Shown here piece by piece: positions 18,971 through 29,283 of a DNA stretch of 64,000 bases (its first letter is position 1; every line of letters starts with the position of its first letter). Position numbers and translations under genes: made by a program. Source of the DNA: Sulfolobales archaeon (lineage in GTDB: Archaea > Thermoproteota > Thermoprotei_A > Sulfolobales > NBVN01); NCBI GenBank assembly GCA_038831135.1, contig JAWBKW010000002.1:27214-91213 (forward strand), written 5' to 3'. The notes beneath the pieces are model-generated. The model saw nothing but the letters and a program-made list of their open reading frames with translations. It did no database searches and was not told the DNA's origin.

Positions 18971-20668
18971 TTAATCAAAATCGAATTTACCCTTCTCCTC
19001 TTCTCCAAATTCTCCAGCTTTTCCGCCCTTACCCTCTTCCCTCTTCATGGGTGATGCAGCTATTATATCATCCACCTTCAACACCGCCGCAGCAGCCTCG
19101 GTTGATGCCTTAATGATCTGTTTCTTGACTATGACTGGTTCAGCAACATTTATAGTTAGGATGTTCTCAACAACTTTTCCATTCAACACATCGATACCGG
19201 AATATAACCTCCCTTCTGTATGTAATTTCCTAAGTTCCATTAATGTTTCTAACGTATCCATCCCTGAAGTTGAAGCTAGCACAACAGCTATCTCCTCTAA
19301 GGCTTCACTAAATGATTGAATAGCTAATTGTTCCTTACCCCCAACACTTTCTGCATACTTCCTCAGTCTTAAGGCGATTTCTATCTCTGGTGCAGCACCT
19401 CCAGGAATTAATTTAGGATCTCTTAAGACGTTCCTAACAGCATGTAGCGCGTCGTTTAAGCTCCTCTCAGCTTCATCTATAATCATGTCGTTAGCTCCTC
19501 TTACTAATATAGTTACTGCTTTGGGATTCTTGCACCCTTCGATGAAGACCATCTTATCATTACCGACTTTCCTCTCCTCTACTAGTTCTGCGTAACCTAA
19601 GTCCTTCTCAGTTAGATCTCTGATGCTTGTAACTATTCTTCCTCCTGTTGCTCTCTCTAATTTCTCCATGTCTGACCTCTTAACCCTCCTCACTGCTAGG
19701 ATTCCCTTCTTTGCTAGGAAGTGTTGGGCGACGTCATCAATTCCTTTCTGACAAACAACTACGTTAGCACCAACAGCAACTATCTTATCAACCATATCTT
19801 TAAGCATCTTCGCTTCTTCATCTAAGAACGATCTAATCTGTTCGGGAGAAGTTATATTGATTTTAGCAGTTATTTCAGGTTTTTCAATCTCTAGTGGGGC
19901 ATCTATTAATGCTATTTTCGCTTTCTCAACTCTCTTAGGCATGCCTGGGTGTACTACCTCCTTATCTAGCACTACACCGTAAACTAATTGAGAATCAGCT
20001 AATGAAGCACCTTTCTTCTTCTCGATCTTGATGTTATCTAATCTAACTTCGTAGGCCCCATCACCTCTTTTCTCAGAAGCAACTACTGCTGCTGATATCA
20101 CCATATCTATCAACTTATCTATTATGTCTGGAGTCGCTAGGTACTTACTGGCTAGAGTTGTGTAGAGAACCTTAACTAATTCTGGCTTGATCTTAGCCAA
20201 GCCCTCAGGAGTCTCAATCCCGCTTATGTCTAATTTAGTAGCTATCTCATCAAGTATCTCTAATGCTTTAGTAGCTGCTTTCTTGTAACCCTCAATAATT
20301 ATGGTTGGATGTATGTTCTGATCTAATAAGGACTCTGCCCTACTTAATAAGGCTCCCGCTAAGACAACAGCTGATGTAGTTCCATCACCTACCTCAGCAT
20401 CGACAGCCTTAGCAGTCTCAACTAATAGTTTAGCAGCAGGGTGCTGTACCTCCATCTCCTTAACTATTGAAGCGCCATCATTAGTAACAGTTATGTCGCC
20501 AAAACTGTCGACAAGCATCTTATCCAGACCTTTAGGTCCTAAACTCGTCTTTAGTACTTCAGCTAACGCTCTAGCTGCTATTATATTATTCCTTAACGCG
20601 TCCCTGCCTTGAGTCCTTGAAGTACCTTCCTTTAGTATCACAACAGGTATTCCATATAGTGCAGTCAT
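18971..20668 (-). CDS. ths: thermosome (group II chaperonin) subunit
   Basis: 565 aa. [18 protein letters not shown] and [12 protein letters not shown] motifs, with a charged C-terminal tail. Confidence 0.95.
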   Translation of the reverse strand: MTALYGIPVVILKEGTSRTQGRDALRNNIIAARALAEVLKTSLGPKGLDKMLVDSFGDITVTNDGASIVKEMEVQHPAAKLLVETAKAVDAEVGDGTTSAVVLAGALLSRAESLLDQNIHPTIIIEGYKKAATKALEILDEIATKLDISGIETPEGLAKIKPELVKVLYTTLASKYLATPDIIDKLIDMVISAAVVASEKRGDGAYEVRLDNIKIEKKKGASLADSQLVYGVVLDKEVVHPGMPKRVEKAKIALIDAPLEIEKPEITAKINITSPEQIRSFLDEEAKMLKDMVDKIVAVGANVVVCQKGIDDVAQHFLAKKGILAVRRVKRSDMEKLERATGGRIVTSIRDLTEKDLGYAELVEERKVGNDKMVFIEGCKNPKAVTILVRGANDMIIDEAERSLNDALHAVRNVLRDPKLIPGGAAPEIEIALRLRKYAESVGGKEQLAIQSFSEALEEIAVVLASTSGMDTLETLMELRKLHTEGRLYSGIDVLNGKVVENILTINVAEPVIVKKQIIKASTEAAAAVLKVDDIIAASPMKREEGKGGKAGEFGEEEKGKFDFD

Positions 20669-20845
20669 ACTCTAATCCCTTGAATTCTATTTCAGTGACT
20701 TCTATATAAGCTTTAATGAACATTCTAACAACTTAGAAACCATCAACTAAGCAGCTTACAAGTATAATTTCCTGCTTAGTGAGATACGTCCTAATAAATA
20801 ACAAGGTCTTTTAAATTTATAAAGGTTAGATCATCTGGTGTCTGC

Positions 20846-21172
20846 ATGAAGTTAGATTTAAAGGACGTCATAAGGATTTATGAAGAGCATATATCCCTTG
20901 GTGATGTAGATAAAGCAAATCTTTTCATAGCATTTATTACGGGGGTTTTGACCTTCATTAAATATCATAAAGTTGTTGATGAGGATTTTATATCTAGGTT
21001 TGCAGGGAGTTTAAGGCATGAACTCATTGAAGGTCCTAATTACTTAAATCCCTACGTAATGGAGTTACTGGGAATCTTAGAAGAAGAAATTAATGAAGTT
21101 ACATTTAACGAATTAATAACTAAGTTAAGAGCTTTACTTAGGGAGGAACGGCTTGATAGACTTGAAGTCTGA
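20846..21172 (+). CDS. hypothetical protein (108 aa)
   Basis: ORF only. It overlaps the next gene by 20 nt, which suggests translational coupling. Confidence 0.35.
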   Translation: MKLDLKDVIRIYEEHISLGDVDKANLFIAFITGVLTFIKYHKVVDEDFISRFAGSLRHELIEGPNYLNPYVMELLGILEEEINEVTFNELITKLRALLREERLDRLEV

Positions 21173-21995
21173 TTCATCTGTTTTATGTACTTCATGTGGT
21201 AAGAGAAAAGCAATTTATTTAAGGAGAACATCAGGGGAGAAGTTATGTGTTTTATGTTATGAGAAGGCCTTGATTAAGTCTATTAAAAAGACCTTGAGGG
21301 ATATTAAGGAGTTACGTCCAGGCATAACACTTACATCCGTTATAATGCTTGAGAGGCTCGTTCCTAGTCTTACTTTGCTATATCTTTTAAATAAGGTTGA
21401 ACGGAGATACGGATGTAATGTTTCAGCCTTAATAATTAGTTTAAGGGGGTATGAGAAATTTGTTGAAGGTATAGTTAATTCGATTATTATAGATAAATTT
21501 GGTCTTGAGAAGAACGCAGCAAAAGTGATAGATATTGAAGGAAATTTGAAATGCATGCCAACTGAGATGATAAATAGTTATTTAGTAACACTCTCTACTA
21601 AAGCTGATTCCTACTCTAACATAATAGTGCTTCCCTTCACTCTAAATGATGTTAATGAAATCATTCTAACCTCTTTATTAGATGGTGATTTAAACACTGC
21701 ACTAATTCTACAGTCCTTCAGGATCGGCAATATAACATATATCTTACCCTTTTACAGCATCCCTAACTATGATATCTACATATTCTCATATTTGAGAGGG
21801 ATTTATACCTCCTCCTTATGTAACTTAATATTAGAGCTTAACGGGTGTAAAGAACATTCTTCTTATAGAGATTACTTAATAATTAAAGAGTTAGTTAAGG
21901 ATCTTAGCTACAATAATCCAGAATTAAGTCAAACGTTAATTAAGTCAATTAATAAGTTATTTAGAAGAGATCTATCATTAAGTCCCGAAACGTAA
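21153..21995 (+). CDS. TtuA/NcsA-like paralog lacking the PP-loop (function unknown)
   Basis: The N-terminus CTSCGKRKAIYLRRTSGEKLCVLCYEKALIKSIKKTLRDIKELRP aligns with the zinc finger and linker of the thiolase at 38005-39084. At the SGGKDS position this protein has VIMLERLV. Confidence 0.45.
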   Translation: MIDLKSDSSVLCTSCGKRKAIYLRRTSGEKLCVLCYEKALIKSIKKTLRDIKELRPGITLTSVIMLERLVPSLTLLYLLNKVERRYGCNVSALIISLRGYEKFVEGIVNSIIIDKFGLEKNAAKVIDIEGNLKCMPTEMINSYLVTLSTKADSYSNIIVLPFTLNDVNEIILTSLLDGDLNTALILQSFRIGNITYILPFYSIPNYDIYIFSYLRGIYTSSLCNLILELNGCKEHSSYRDYLIIKELVKDLSYNNPELSQTLIKSINKLFRRDLSLSPET

Positions 21996-22355
21996 AGTTA
22001 ATCTAATACCGTATTGTTGAAGTATGTTCCTCATACTTGATTTTAAGACATAATAATCTACCTGTACATCCTTAAAACAGTCTTCCTGTTCTAGCACATT
22101 CCTACCCCTAAAGTATAATCTTATTAAGGGTAAGGTGTTTATACCCTCACTCTCCCTAAACATAGCTTCGGATGGTACGTCATCAACATTAAATAACGCA
22201 AAATCTATTAAATGCCCAAGCCTAGATTCAAGTTTTTGAAAAAGACTTATCATATAGTTTCTTGTGCTGAAATCGCGCCCTACAAAACCTACCATAACTA
22301 TCTCGTTAATCGAAACAGTCTTCTTAAACTCCTCAACACTATTAAGTATTTTCAA
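21978..22355 (-). CDS. thioredoxin-fold-like protein without CxxC
   Basis: 125 aa. The pattern VMVGFVGRDFSTRN...FALFNVDDVP...LPLIRLYFRGRNV resembles a Trx fold with the active-site cysteines absent. Weak call. Confidence 0.35.
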   Translation of the reverse strand: MKILNSVEEFKKTVSINEIVMVGFVGRDFSTRNYMISLFQKLESRLGHLIDFALFNVDDVPSEAMFRESEGINTLPLIRLYFRGRNVLEQEDCFKDVQVDYYVLKSSMRNILQQYGIRLTLRFGT

Positions 22356-23208
22356 GACTTACTCCGTCCTCGCATAATTCTCTGTAAGAATCCCTAATTA
22401 ATGTTTTATCATTACTATCTAAGAGTACCTCAATATCTACAACCTCCTCCCTCAAGTCTATAGGGTGTTTAATGCCGTTCCCATTAATTATCACGTAGTC
22501 ATATTTCATTAGCTGGCTTAACTCATCGCATGTTAATGAACGAACATAATTCTTAAGTATCTCGCTAAACCCTAGGAACTCCTTCAACTGTTTCTCAGTA
22601 ATTACGCTTCCACATACTATACAGTGCATATCCTTAGTTAATGCGTTAAATAGACAGACGGGGCACATGGCGGGTAATGTCTTAGAGCGCTGCTCTATCC
22701 ACGACGTCCTCCATAACCTTCTAAGTAATGGTAGCGTATCCTCACGACCTAACCTTACTACTTCTTTATATATTCTAGGGGCTACACCTAATATTGCCTT
22801 ACCTATATTACCAACCACAAAATCTATATGTTCAGGGTTTAGCCGTTCTCTAATATTCAGTAATGCTAAAGCTATAAATGGGTTTACGTTATCGGAAAAT
22901 CTCCTAAATCTCTTAGCTATTGTTTGAACATCAGGTCTTGAAGAAGGAGAACCATACAATAACTCTACCGGGTGCTTAAGTATTTCAAGATATTCTTCTT
23001 TACTCAGGGAGAGGAAATCTAATCCTAAGGAGTTGACTAATTCCTCAACGTTCTTCTCCAGCCAAGAATCTATATCAACATCCTTTTTAACTTTGGTAAC
23101 GCTTCTGCCTTTCTCATCAGCGCTTTTTTTAGAAACTTCTCTACCATTAACTCCACCATTAGCTCCTCTACCGCCCTCCTTCTCAACTTCTTTCCTCTTT
23201 TTAGGCAA
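22342..23208 (-). CDS. hypothetical protein with basic N-terminal tail and a zinc ribbon
   Basis: 288 aa. K/E/G-rich N-terminus and CPVCLFNALTKDMHCIVCGS. No family recognised. Confidence 0.4.
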   Translation of the reverse strand: MPKKRKEVEKEGGRGANGGVNGREVSKKSADEKGRSVTKVKKDVDIDSWLEKNVEELVNSLGLDFLSLSKEEYLEILKHPVELLYGSPSSRPDVQTIAKRFRRFSDNVNPFIALALLNIRERLNPEHIDFVVGNIGKAILGVAPRIYKEVVRLGREDTLPLLRRLWRTSWIEQRSKTLPAMCPVCLFNALTKDMHCIVCGSVITEKQLKEFLGFSEILKNYVRSLTCDELSQLMKYDYVIINGNGIKHPIDLREEVVDIEVLLDSNDKTLIRDSYRELCEDGVSLENT

Positions 23209-23361
23209 TATTCCCCCTACTAAGTTTTATTTCCTCGTCTAGTACCTGCTAAATCAGTGATTCATTACTGTCTCTATAGAGCTTCTATAGTGAATCGCCA
23301 TCAGTAAACCGACCCATCATCACGTTATTAGATTCAGACCCGGTTTCAAACATCATCTACT

Positions 23362-24597
23362 TTAAAATATGTTGACCTGCCCCTCTATTATCAGATCCGT
23401 AAGTTTAGTTATATTGTTTAATTCATGCCTAACTAACTCCTCAACATCTGACTTAACTGCCTGGAAATTCGAGTTATCGTCGACTATTAACTTAACAACA
23501 GCAACTAAGGGTTCATTAATTGGTTTCCCAATCTGACTTAAGATTTCCATATAGACCTCCTTAACCTTAGGTACTTCATTAACTACTTTATCACATAAGT
23601 ATCTAGCTAGGACGTTATACAGTTTGCCGACATGGCTTACGGGGTTCTTCCCTGCAGTAGCCTCAAGACTCATAGGCCTTAAAGGAGTTATTAAACCATT
23701 CACTCTATTACCTCTTCCAGTAGCACCATCATCACCATGTTCCGCTGACGTTCCAGTTACTGATAAGTAAATTACACCTTTTTCAGGATTGTCGGCTGTG
23801 TTAACGTATACCTCAACATCATAGTCTTTAGCTATTTTAGACGCTAGATCAGCCACTCTATTAACTACTTCTTCCTTCACGGATATATAATGACTTAAGT
23901 CTGGTATTAGGCTCGATATCATAGCAGCAGCTATCGTTAACTTAATCTTATTACCCACACGTAAACCCATAACTTTAACATCCTCCCCTACCTCAGGCAA
24001 CACCTTCTTAGTATCACTGCTGTTTAAGTATCTCTCAACACTATACACTAACTTTTCAAGAGATGAAAGCGGTGCATAACTAACTCCGAAACTAGTATCG
24101 TTAGAGAGAGGTATGGACTTAAGTCCTAACCTATAAGTTTGGACTAAGTCGGTACTACCGCTTCTAATCTTATAATCAACAACAACATGTCTTTCTGGGT
24201 CTAAAAACCTAAAGTTTTTCTTTATCCAGTCTCTAACTGCTTCAACAACTATAGTCCCCATGGGAACATACTCTAATGAATTATTGCTATTGATAATGAC
24301 TTCAGTACCCCTACCAGCTACTATGATATATATGGGGTGTAGTACCTCGCCACCGCCGAACTTAGGGGCTGATTGTCCGCCTACAAGAAGAACTTTATCT
24401 AAGTTATGATGAAGTATTAGACCATACCTCTTTAAATAATATTTAGATAACGCAACACTTGACGCTTCAGCAACAGCGTCTGCTATATAGTCCGGATGTC
24501 CCAACCCCTTCCTCTCCACTAACTCAACGTTCTGCTCCTCTACAGGTACGAACCTCAATTTCTCTACTACTATATTTGCCTGCATCTGCCATACCAC
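23362..24597 (-). CDS. mat: archaeal-type S-adenosylmethionine synthetase
   Basis: 411 aa. VELVERKGLGHPDYIADAVAE and GTSAEHGDDGATGRGNR are typical of archaeal MAT. Confidence 0.9.
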   Translation of the reverse strand: MVWQMQANIVVEKLRFVPVEEQNVELVERKGLGHPDYIADAVAEASSVALSKYYLKRYGLILHHNLDKVLLVGGQSAPKFGGGEVLHPIYIIVAGRGTEVIINSNNSLEYVPMGTIVVEAVRDWIKKNFRFLDPERHVVVDYKIRSGSTDLVQTYRLGLKSIPLSNDTSFGVSYAPLSSLEKLVYSVERYLNSSDTKKVLPEVGEDVKVMGLRVGNKIKLTIAAAMISSLIPDLSHYISVKEEVVNRVADLASKIAKDYDVEVYVNTADNPEKGVIYLSVTGTSAEHGDDGATGRGNRVNGLITPLRPMSLEATAGKNPVSHVGKLYNVLARYLCDKVVNEVPKVKEVYMEILSQIGKPINEPLVAVVKLIVDDNSNFQAVKSDVEELVRHELNNITKLTDLIIEGQVNIF

Positions 24598-24698
24598 TTA
24601 ATTGGTGTTATATGTCGTTATTAAATTTAATAAACAGTTAATGTAATCTTATATTACTCGTAGTAATATTATGCTAACTTCAGCAACAACTTATGAGG

Positions 24699-24950
24699 TT
24701 ATCCACCGCTGTAGTCAACGGCTATGTAAAGTATTTGACTACCTCTTATGAAGACTGTACCATATTTAGCTATAGGAGACTTTCCATCATCAGAAAATTC
24801 CATACATCCACTTAGTACCACGTTCATTGTTAAGTCCACCATAACTAGTTTACCTACGTATTCATATCCATCCTTAACTTTCACCAATACATTCTTATTT
24901 ATGGCAGTCTTCAATGCCCTAAACGGATTATCGATCTTAGTGGTCCCCAT
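24699..24950 (-). CDS. Sm-like (LSm/SmAP) RNA-binding protein
   Basis: 83 aa. Sm1 (VLVKVKDGYEYVGKLVMVDLTMNVVL) and Sm2 (VFIRGSQILYI) motifs. Confidence 0.85.
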   Translation of the reverse strand: MGTTKIDNPFRALKTAINKNVLVKVKDGYEYVGKLVMVDLTMNVVLSGCMEFSDDGKSPIAKYGTVFIRGSQILYIAVDYSGG

Positions 24951-25176
24951 TAATCTTTTACCCTCAAGAACTAGCTTCTTGCGTTTTTAAATTTATAAGT
25001 TTTTCCGGAGGCTGCTAAGTCCCTTAGCATTCTATAGTTTGTGGATTTCTATTTTTCCGTGTACGTGTTCCCCTAATGTTTAAATTATTATCTCATGAAC
25101 ACTATAAGTTATTAACTTAGATAAGAATTAACTTACGCGGATGGCGTAGCTAGACTTAATACTGAGGTAGTTTGGG

Positions 25177-27198
25177 GTGGGCGAACAAACCGATGTGATA
25201 GTCGGTATTGATGTTGTAACTTCCGGTTCTAAATTAAGTGATTACCTGTATGCGCTAGCTGTATTAAAGGGTACAGAGTTAGTTGTTCATGAGAATGTAA
25301 GCCTTAGCAGGCTTATAAGATTCCTTTGGGAACTCAGACCAAAATTAATAGCTTTAGACAACATCATGGAATTAGGTGGGAATAAAAGAAACCTCATTAA
25401 GGTGCTTAAACTCCTACCCCCTGAAAGCAGAATAGTGCAAGTGACTCTAAATGATAATGAGTTAGTCGATCTACGTAGACTTGCTATTAGTGCTGGTCTC
25501 CAACTAGAACAAGGTAAGTTATCGCCTCAAAAAACGGCTGAGATCTTAGCCATCCTCTGTAGTAAAGGGTTTGGTACAACGTTGAAGCTCTTCGAGGATA
25601 AGGTTAAAGTTGTAATAAGTCGAGGTAGGGTTCCGGGGTCCGGAGGGTCAAGCTCAGATAGATTTAAGAGAAGTTTAAGGACATCAGTTTCGAGCTTAGC
25701 TAAGAAGTTTAAGGAGGAATTAGATAGAAGGGGGCTAGACTACGATTTAACTTTTAGGAAGAGTGAGGGTGGCATTGATAGTGCCTTATTCACTATTTAT
25801 GCGCCAAGGCACGAACTCAGTGGTATTTTAAGGTCTATGAGGGGTTACGATGTAAATATAAAAGTTAAACCAGTCATTAGGAAGAAGTTAATTAGTACTA
25901 TTTTCAACTTACCTCTTAACAGATATTTAATAGTTGGTGTCGATCCTGGTATTGAGACAGGGTTAACCGTAATCGATCTAGATCTTAAACCATTAGTTGT
26001 CACTAGTGGTAAAAACTTTGATAGGGAGGAAATTATTCAAACAATCCTTAAGTACGGAACACCAGTTTTAGTCGCTACTGATAAAAATCCGCCGCCTGAA
26101 ATGGTTGAAAAAATAGCTGCTAACTTAAACACCACATTATATTACCCCCCAAAAAGTCTAAGTAGTAGTGAGAAAGACGCACTAGTATACGAATACTTAT
26201 CAACGCATGGGTTGAATTTAAGGACAACCCATGAGAGAGACTCCCTAGCTTCATGTATAAAGGCGTACAAAGAATTTGAGGAGAAATTCCGACAACTTAC
26301 CGCTAAACTTAACGAGATAGGATTACCTGTGTCGAAGCTTCAAAGGTTTAAAGCTGAGATAATTAAGGGTAGGAGTATTGCAGATGTTATTGAGGAGGTA
26401 ATAAGTAACTACATCAGTAAGGAAAGTACGCATAATAAGGATAGTATAGTCCGCGTTATTAAACAACTAGCTAATGAGGAAATCAGTAAGAAAGATAGGG
26501 AGCTTCTTAATCAGCTCGAGAGGATTTCTAAAGAACGTGACATCCTACGTGGACGTATTAAGGAGTTGGAGAGACGTCTTTCGGAATTAGAGACGGAGTT
26601 AACGATAAGGAATATGGAATTCGATGTCGAGGTAGCTAAGGATAGGGAAGTCTCGGAGTTAAAGCATAGGTTAAGAAAACTTGGCGATTACGCAAAAAAA
26701 TTAGAAGAGCAGATGTTGAACGCTGCAAGGCTTTTAGATCGTTATAGGGACTTATTCCAGTCAATCTTTGACGGTAAGTATATGTTGGTCAGATATTTAC
26801 GTAGATTAACAATAGATGAATTAACTAAACTAACAGAGGAATTAGGAAGAACGTTACGTGAGGGTGACGTAATATTTGTAAGGGAGTTTCATGAACCTGT
26901 AGAGGAGGTTTTAAAGAAACTTAGCGATTTAAAGTTGAAGGTGGTGACCCCTAAATTTGCTGATATTCCTTCATATATTACGGATAAATTTGATTTAGTG
27001 ATCTATCGTTGCGAGGACTTCATAGAGATTAGCGATGGTTTAGTGGCGTTACCTACCTCCGTTATTTCAGAGTTATCGAGATTAGAGAAAGAAATTCGTG
27101 AGAGGATTAAGAGGAGGTTAGAAATAGATCCTGATAAACTACTAAATCTAATAATGGAGTACAGGAATGAGAGGATTGCTGAAGCCGACGAGAATTGA
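25177..27198 (+). CDS. DUF460/COG2433-type protein: two RNase H-fold-like modules plus a long coiled coil
   Basis: 673 aa, GTG start. IVGIDVVTSGS and IVGVDPGIETGLTVIDL...VATDKNPPP resemble RuvC/YqgF-like folds. A heptad-rich segment (KDRELLNQLERISKERDILRGRIKELERRLSELETEL) follows. Confidence 0.55.
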   Translation: MGEQTDVIVGIDVVTSGSKLSDYLYALAVLKGTELVVHENVSLSRLIRFLWELRPKLIALDNIMELGGNKRNLIKVLKLLPPESRIVQVTLNDNELVDLRRLAISAGLQLEQGKLSPQKTAEILAILCSKGFGTTLKLFEDKVKVVISRGRVPGSGGSSSDRFKRSLRTSVSSLAKKFKEELDRRGLDYDLTFRKSEGGIDSALFTIYAPRHELSGILRSMRGYDVNIKVKPVIRKKLISTIFNLPLNRYLIVGVDPGIETGLTVIDLDLKPLVVTSGKNFDREEIIQTILKYGTPVLVATDKNPPPEMVEKIAANLNTTLYYPPKSLSSSEKDALVYEYLSTHGLNLRTTHERDSLASCIKAYKEFEEKFRQLTAKLNEIGLPVSKLQRFKAEIIKGRSIADVIEEVISNYISKESTHNKDSIVRVIKQLANEEISKKDRELLNQLERISKERDILRGRIKELERRLSELETELTIRNMEFDVEVAKDREVSELKHRLRKLGDYAKKLEEQMLNAARLLDRYRDLFQSIFDGKYMLVRYLRRLTIDELTKLTEELGRTLREGDVIFVREFHEPVEEVLKKLSDLKLKVVTPKFADIPSYITDKFDLVIYRCEDFIEISDGLVALPTSVISELSRLEKEIRERIKRRLEIDPDKLLNLIMEYRNERIAEADEN

Positions 27199-27266
27199 TT
27201 GACTTTAGAAATATTTCATCTCATTCATTGATACGTGTAAGGGATGATTTAATACTGAAACTATGA

Positions 27267-27731
27267 TTACCAAACATCCTCAATCATATAATTAGGTTGA
27301 GAAAATAATTTACGTGTTAGAAGTGATAGGTAGCCTACTACCGGGATCTTAAGTGGTAAGTCATTAATCTCCAACACCTTTCCAACAACTCTGGAAGATG
27401 GTACACCTACTAACTCAAATTCCTGGTAGTCAGGTAGGGCATTGTTATCACCCTTAGTCACATAATACTGTTCATCCCTGATACTATGTATCTCAACAAC
27501 TCTATGTATTATGAATCCATCCCCTAATTTCTTCTTATATATTATTACATCTCCTACATTGATGTCCTTAGATTTAATTATTATGACTAGGTCTCCCGTC
27601 TGAAATAGCGGCTCCATACTAGGACCTTCAACGGTCCCTAAGACAACAAATCCTAATGTATTAAGTAGTATAGCTATCAGTAATAATACCGCTATAATAT
27701 TGCCTAAAATTGATAGTAGATTATATCTCAT
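27267..27731 (-). CDS. signal peptidase I (archaeal/ER type)
   Basis: 154 aa. N-terminal TM helix, catalytic-Ser box VEGPSMEPLFQTGDLV and IIHRV box. Confidence 0.75.
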   Translation of the reverse strand: MRYNLLSILGNIIAVLLLIAILLNTLGFVVLGTVEGPSMEPLFQTGDLVIIIKSKDINVGDVIIYKKKLGDGFIIHRVVEIHSIRDEQYYVTKGDNNALPDYQEFELVGVPSSRVVGKVLEINDLPLKIPVVGYLSLLTRKLFSQPNYMIEDVW

Positions 27732-27739
27732 GTATTAAG

Positions 27740-28030
27740 TCACTCTTCCTCTAAATCACTCAGATCAACTTCTATTATCTGACCTACACGTTTCTCTTTT
27801 TCTGACTTCCCCTTCAGAACCTTCTTAGAGGTACTGCCCTCAACCTCAACCTCATCACCTCCAGTTTTTATCTTACTTACGACACCTCTCCATCTATACC
27901 CGCAGTTACCGCAGTTAAATGACCCCATAATAGTTATAGTTATTCTACCTTCAGAATCCGGCAGAGGCGATATTAACTGCCATGTCTTTTCAGGTTTAAC
28001 TTCTGAATTACATTTAGGGCACTTAACCAT
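27740..28030 (-). CDS. zinc-ribbon protein, function unknown
   Basis: 96 aa. CPKC...CGNCG and an acidic C-terminus. Confidence 0.4.
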   Translation of the reverse strand: MVKCPKCNSEVKPEKTWQLISPLPDSEGRITITIMGSFNCGNCGYRWRGVVSKIKTGGDEVEVEGSTSKKVLKGKSEKEKRVGQIIEVDLSDLEEE

Positions 28031-28076
28031 TCGATCACACCTTCTGAGGAATTATAAGTTGGCGATAAATTAAACT

Positions 28077-28646
28077 TTAAACAATTCTTACATTACTCCA
28101 ATCTAATTTTTTAATGATAGTATTTAGTTGAATGTCGATTATTGCTAAATCACGTTCCTCGGTATTAAGGAGGGCTAAAGTCGGTGACTCTGCTAGATAA
28201 CCCGAGAACGCACCTGGATTAATGACTAACGCATTATTTATTATCTCAGCCCTAGGTGTATGAGTATGCCCATACATTATTAACTCGTAATGCCCGCTTA
28301 ATGCTAATGAATTAACGAATCTATCGGTTAGTTCCTTAGGGCCGAATCCATGCAGAATTAACGCCTTCATACGATCTATTTCAATTTCAACCGGTGGTTC
28401 AGAAAGTTGACCTAAATTAGTGACGGTCTTCATCATTAACACCTTATCCCCGTCATTATTACCAAATATTCCTAAGAACTTAATACTACTTTTTTCCAGG
28501 ACCTTAAGTAAGTTCTTCAACGTAAATGGCGATACATAATCTCCTAGATGTATTAAGGTCTCAATATCTAACTTAGATACATACATAAATAACCTATCAA
28601 TAAGCGAAATATTGTCATGCGTATCCGAGATAAGCAGAATCTTCAA
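28077..28646 (-). CDS. metallophosphoesterase (MJ0936/YfcE family)
   Basis: 189 aa. ISDTHDN, HLGDY, GNNDGD and GHTH motifs. Confidence 0.8.
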   Translation of the reverse strand: MKILLISDTHDNISLIDRLFMYVSKLDIETLIHLGDYVSPFTLKNLLKVLEKSSIKFLGIFGNNDGDKVLMMKTVTNLGQLSEPPVEIEIDRMKALILHGFGPKELTDRFVNSLALSGHYELIMYGHTHTPRAEIINNALVINPGAFSGYLAESPTLALLNTEERDLAIIDIQLNTIIKKLDWSNVRIV

Positions 28647-28745
28647 TTTAAACCCCTTAAAAGAAGAACTAACTCTACCATTTTATTTTAATATAAAAAA
28701 TAATGTATTTAGTGTTTGACTAGTACTTAAAGATTACTTAGTATC

Positions 28746-28928
28746 TTAGGCTGGGTATTCGTCTGGAACTTTAGCTCTGAAATACTTACCTGATTCAGGG
28801 CTCTTGAAGAGACCTATTTTAACCCCTTTCCTACCCTTAGGTGCTAAAGTCCATACCTTCTCAGGTACTAGTGATACTTCTTTACCGGTTGTAGGGTCTT
28901 TCACCTTTATAGATGACTTCTTTGACAT
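28746..28928 (-). CDS. cren7: chromatin protein Cren7
   Basis: 60 aa. [40 protein letters not shown] is near-identical in pattern to Sulfolobus Cren7. Confidence 0.9.
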   Translation of the reverse strand: MSKKSSIKVKDPTTGKEVSLVPEKVWTLAPKGRKGVKIGLFKSPESGKYFRAKVPDEYPA

Positions 28929-29180
28929 GGTCTATATCACCATGATAGTAATGGCTAATCATTGTTTAAAAGTTACGTAGGACCTTTAAAATATGATGAT
29001 TATCATAAATAAAAAATTACTTCAAATATTTTAAAGGATTATTTTAATATTAAATTCATTAAATAGTCTTTAACTCATTTAATAATAATGAAAATTTTAA
29101 CTGAATGATTAAAATACTCAAGGAATTTAAACAAAGGTAATACATAATAATCGCGAACTCCATAAACTTCTACACTACGT

Positions 29181-29228
29181 TCAGAACCCAGCTACTAATC
29201 ACTGCTCATAGCTTTTAACCGTCATCAT
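29181..29228 (-). ncRNA. candidate C/D box sRNA (second, weaker)
   Basis: Minus-strand parse: C ATGATGA, 12-nt cggttaaaagct, D' ATGA, linker gca, C' GTGATTA, 11-nt gtagctgggtt, D CTGA. Confidence 0.4.
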
Positions 29229-29283
29229 CAATTTGAATTTTTTATTAATGGTTATAACTATTAATCAAGGCCTTAATGAATTT

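Noticed and set aside
23274-23290. Perfect 7-bp inverted repeat with a 3-nt spacer (ctataga gct tctatag) between the mat 3' end and the promoter of the 288-aa zinc-ribbon gene. The surrounding C/D-like boxes were also considered.
   Set aside because: It is too short and isolated to assign as an operator or terminator. The attempted C/D parse fails on spacing. It is noted only as a possible protein-binding palindrome.
28929-29180. Extremely AT-rich part of the 507-bp Cren7 upstream region, considered as a second origin or unwinding element.
   Set aside because: No copy of the 22-nt ORB-like box or any other repeated box is present. The length is better explained by the Cren7 promoter plus the two candidate C/D sRNA genes.
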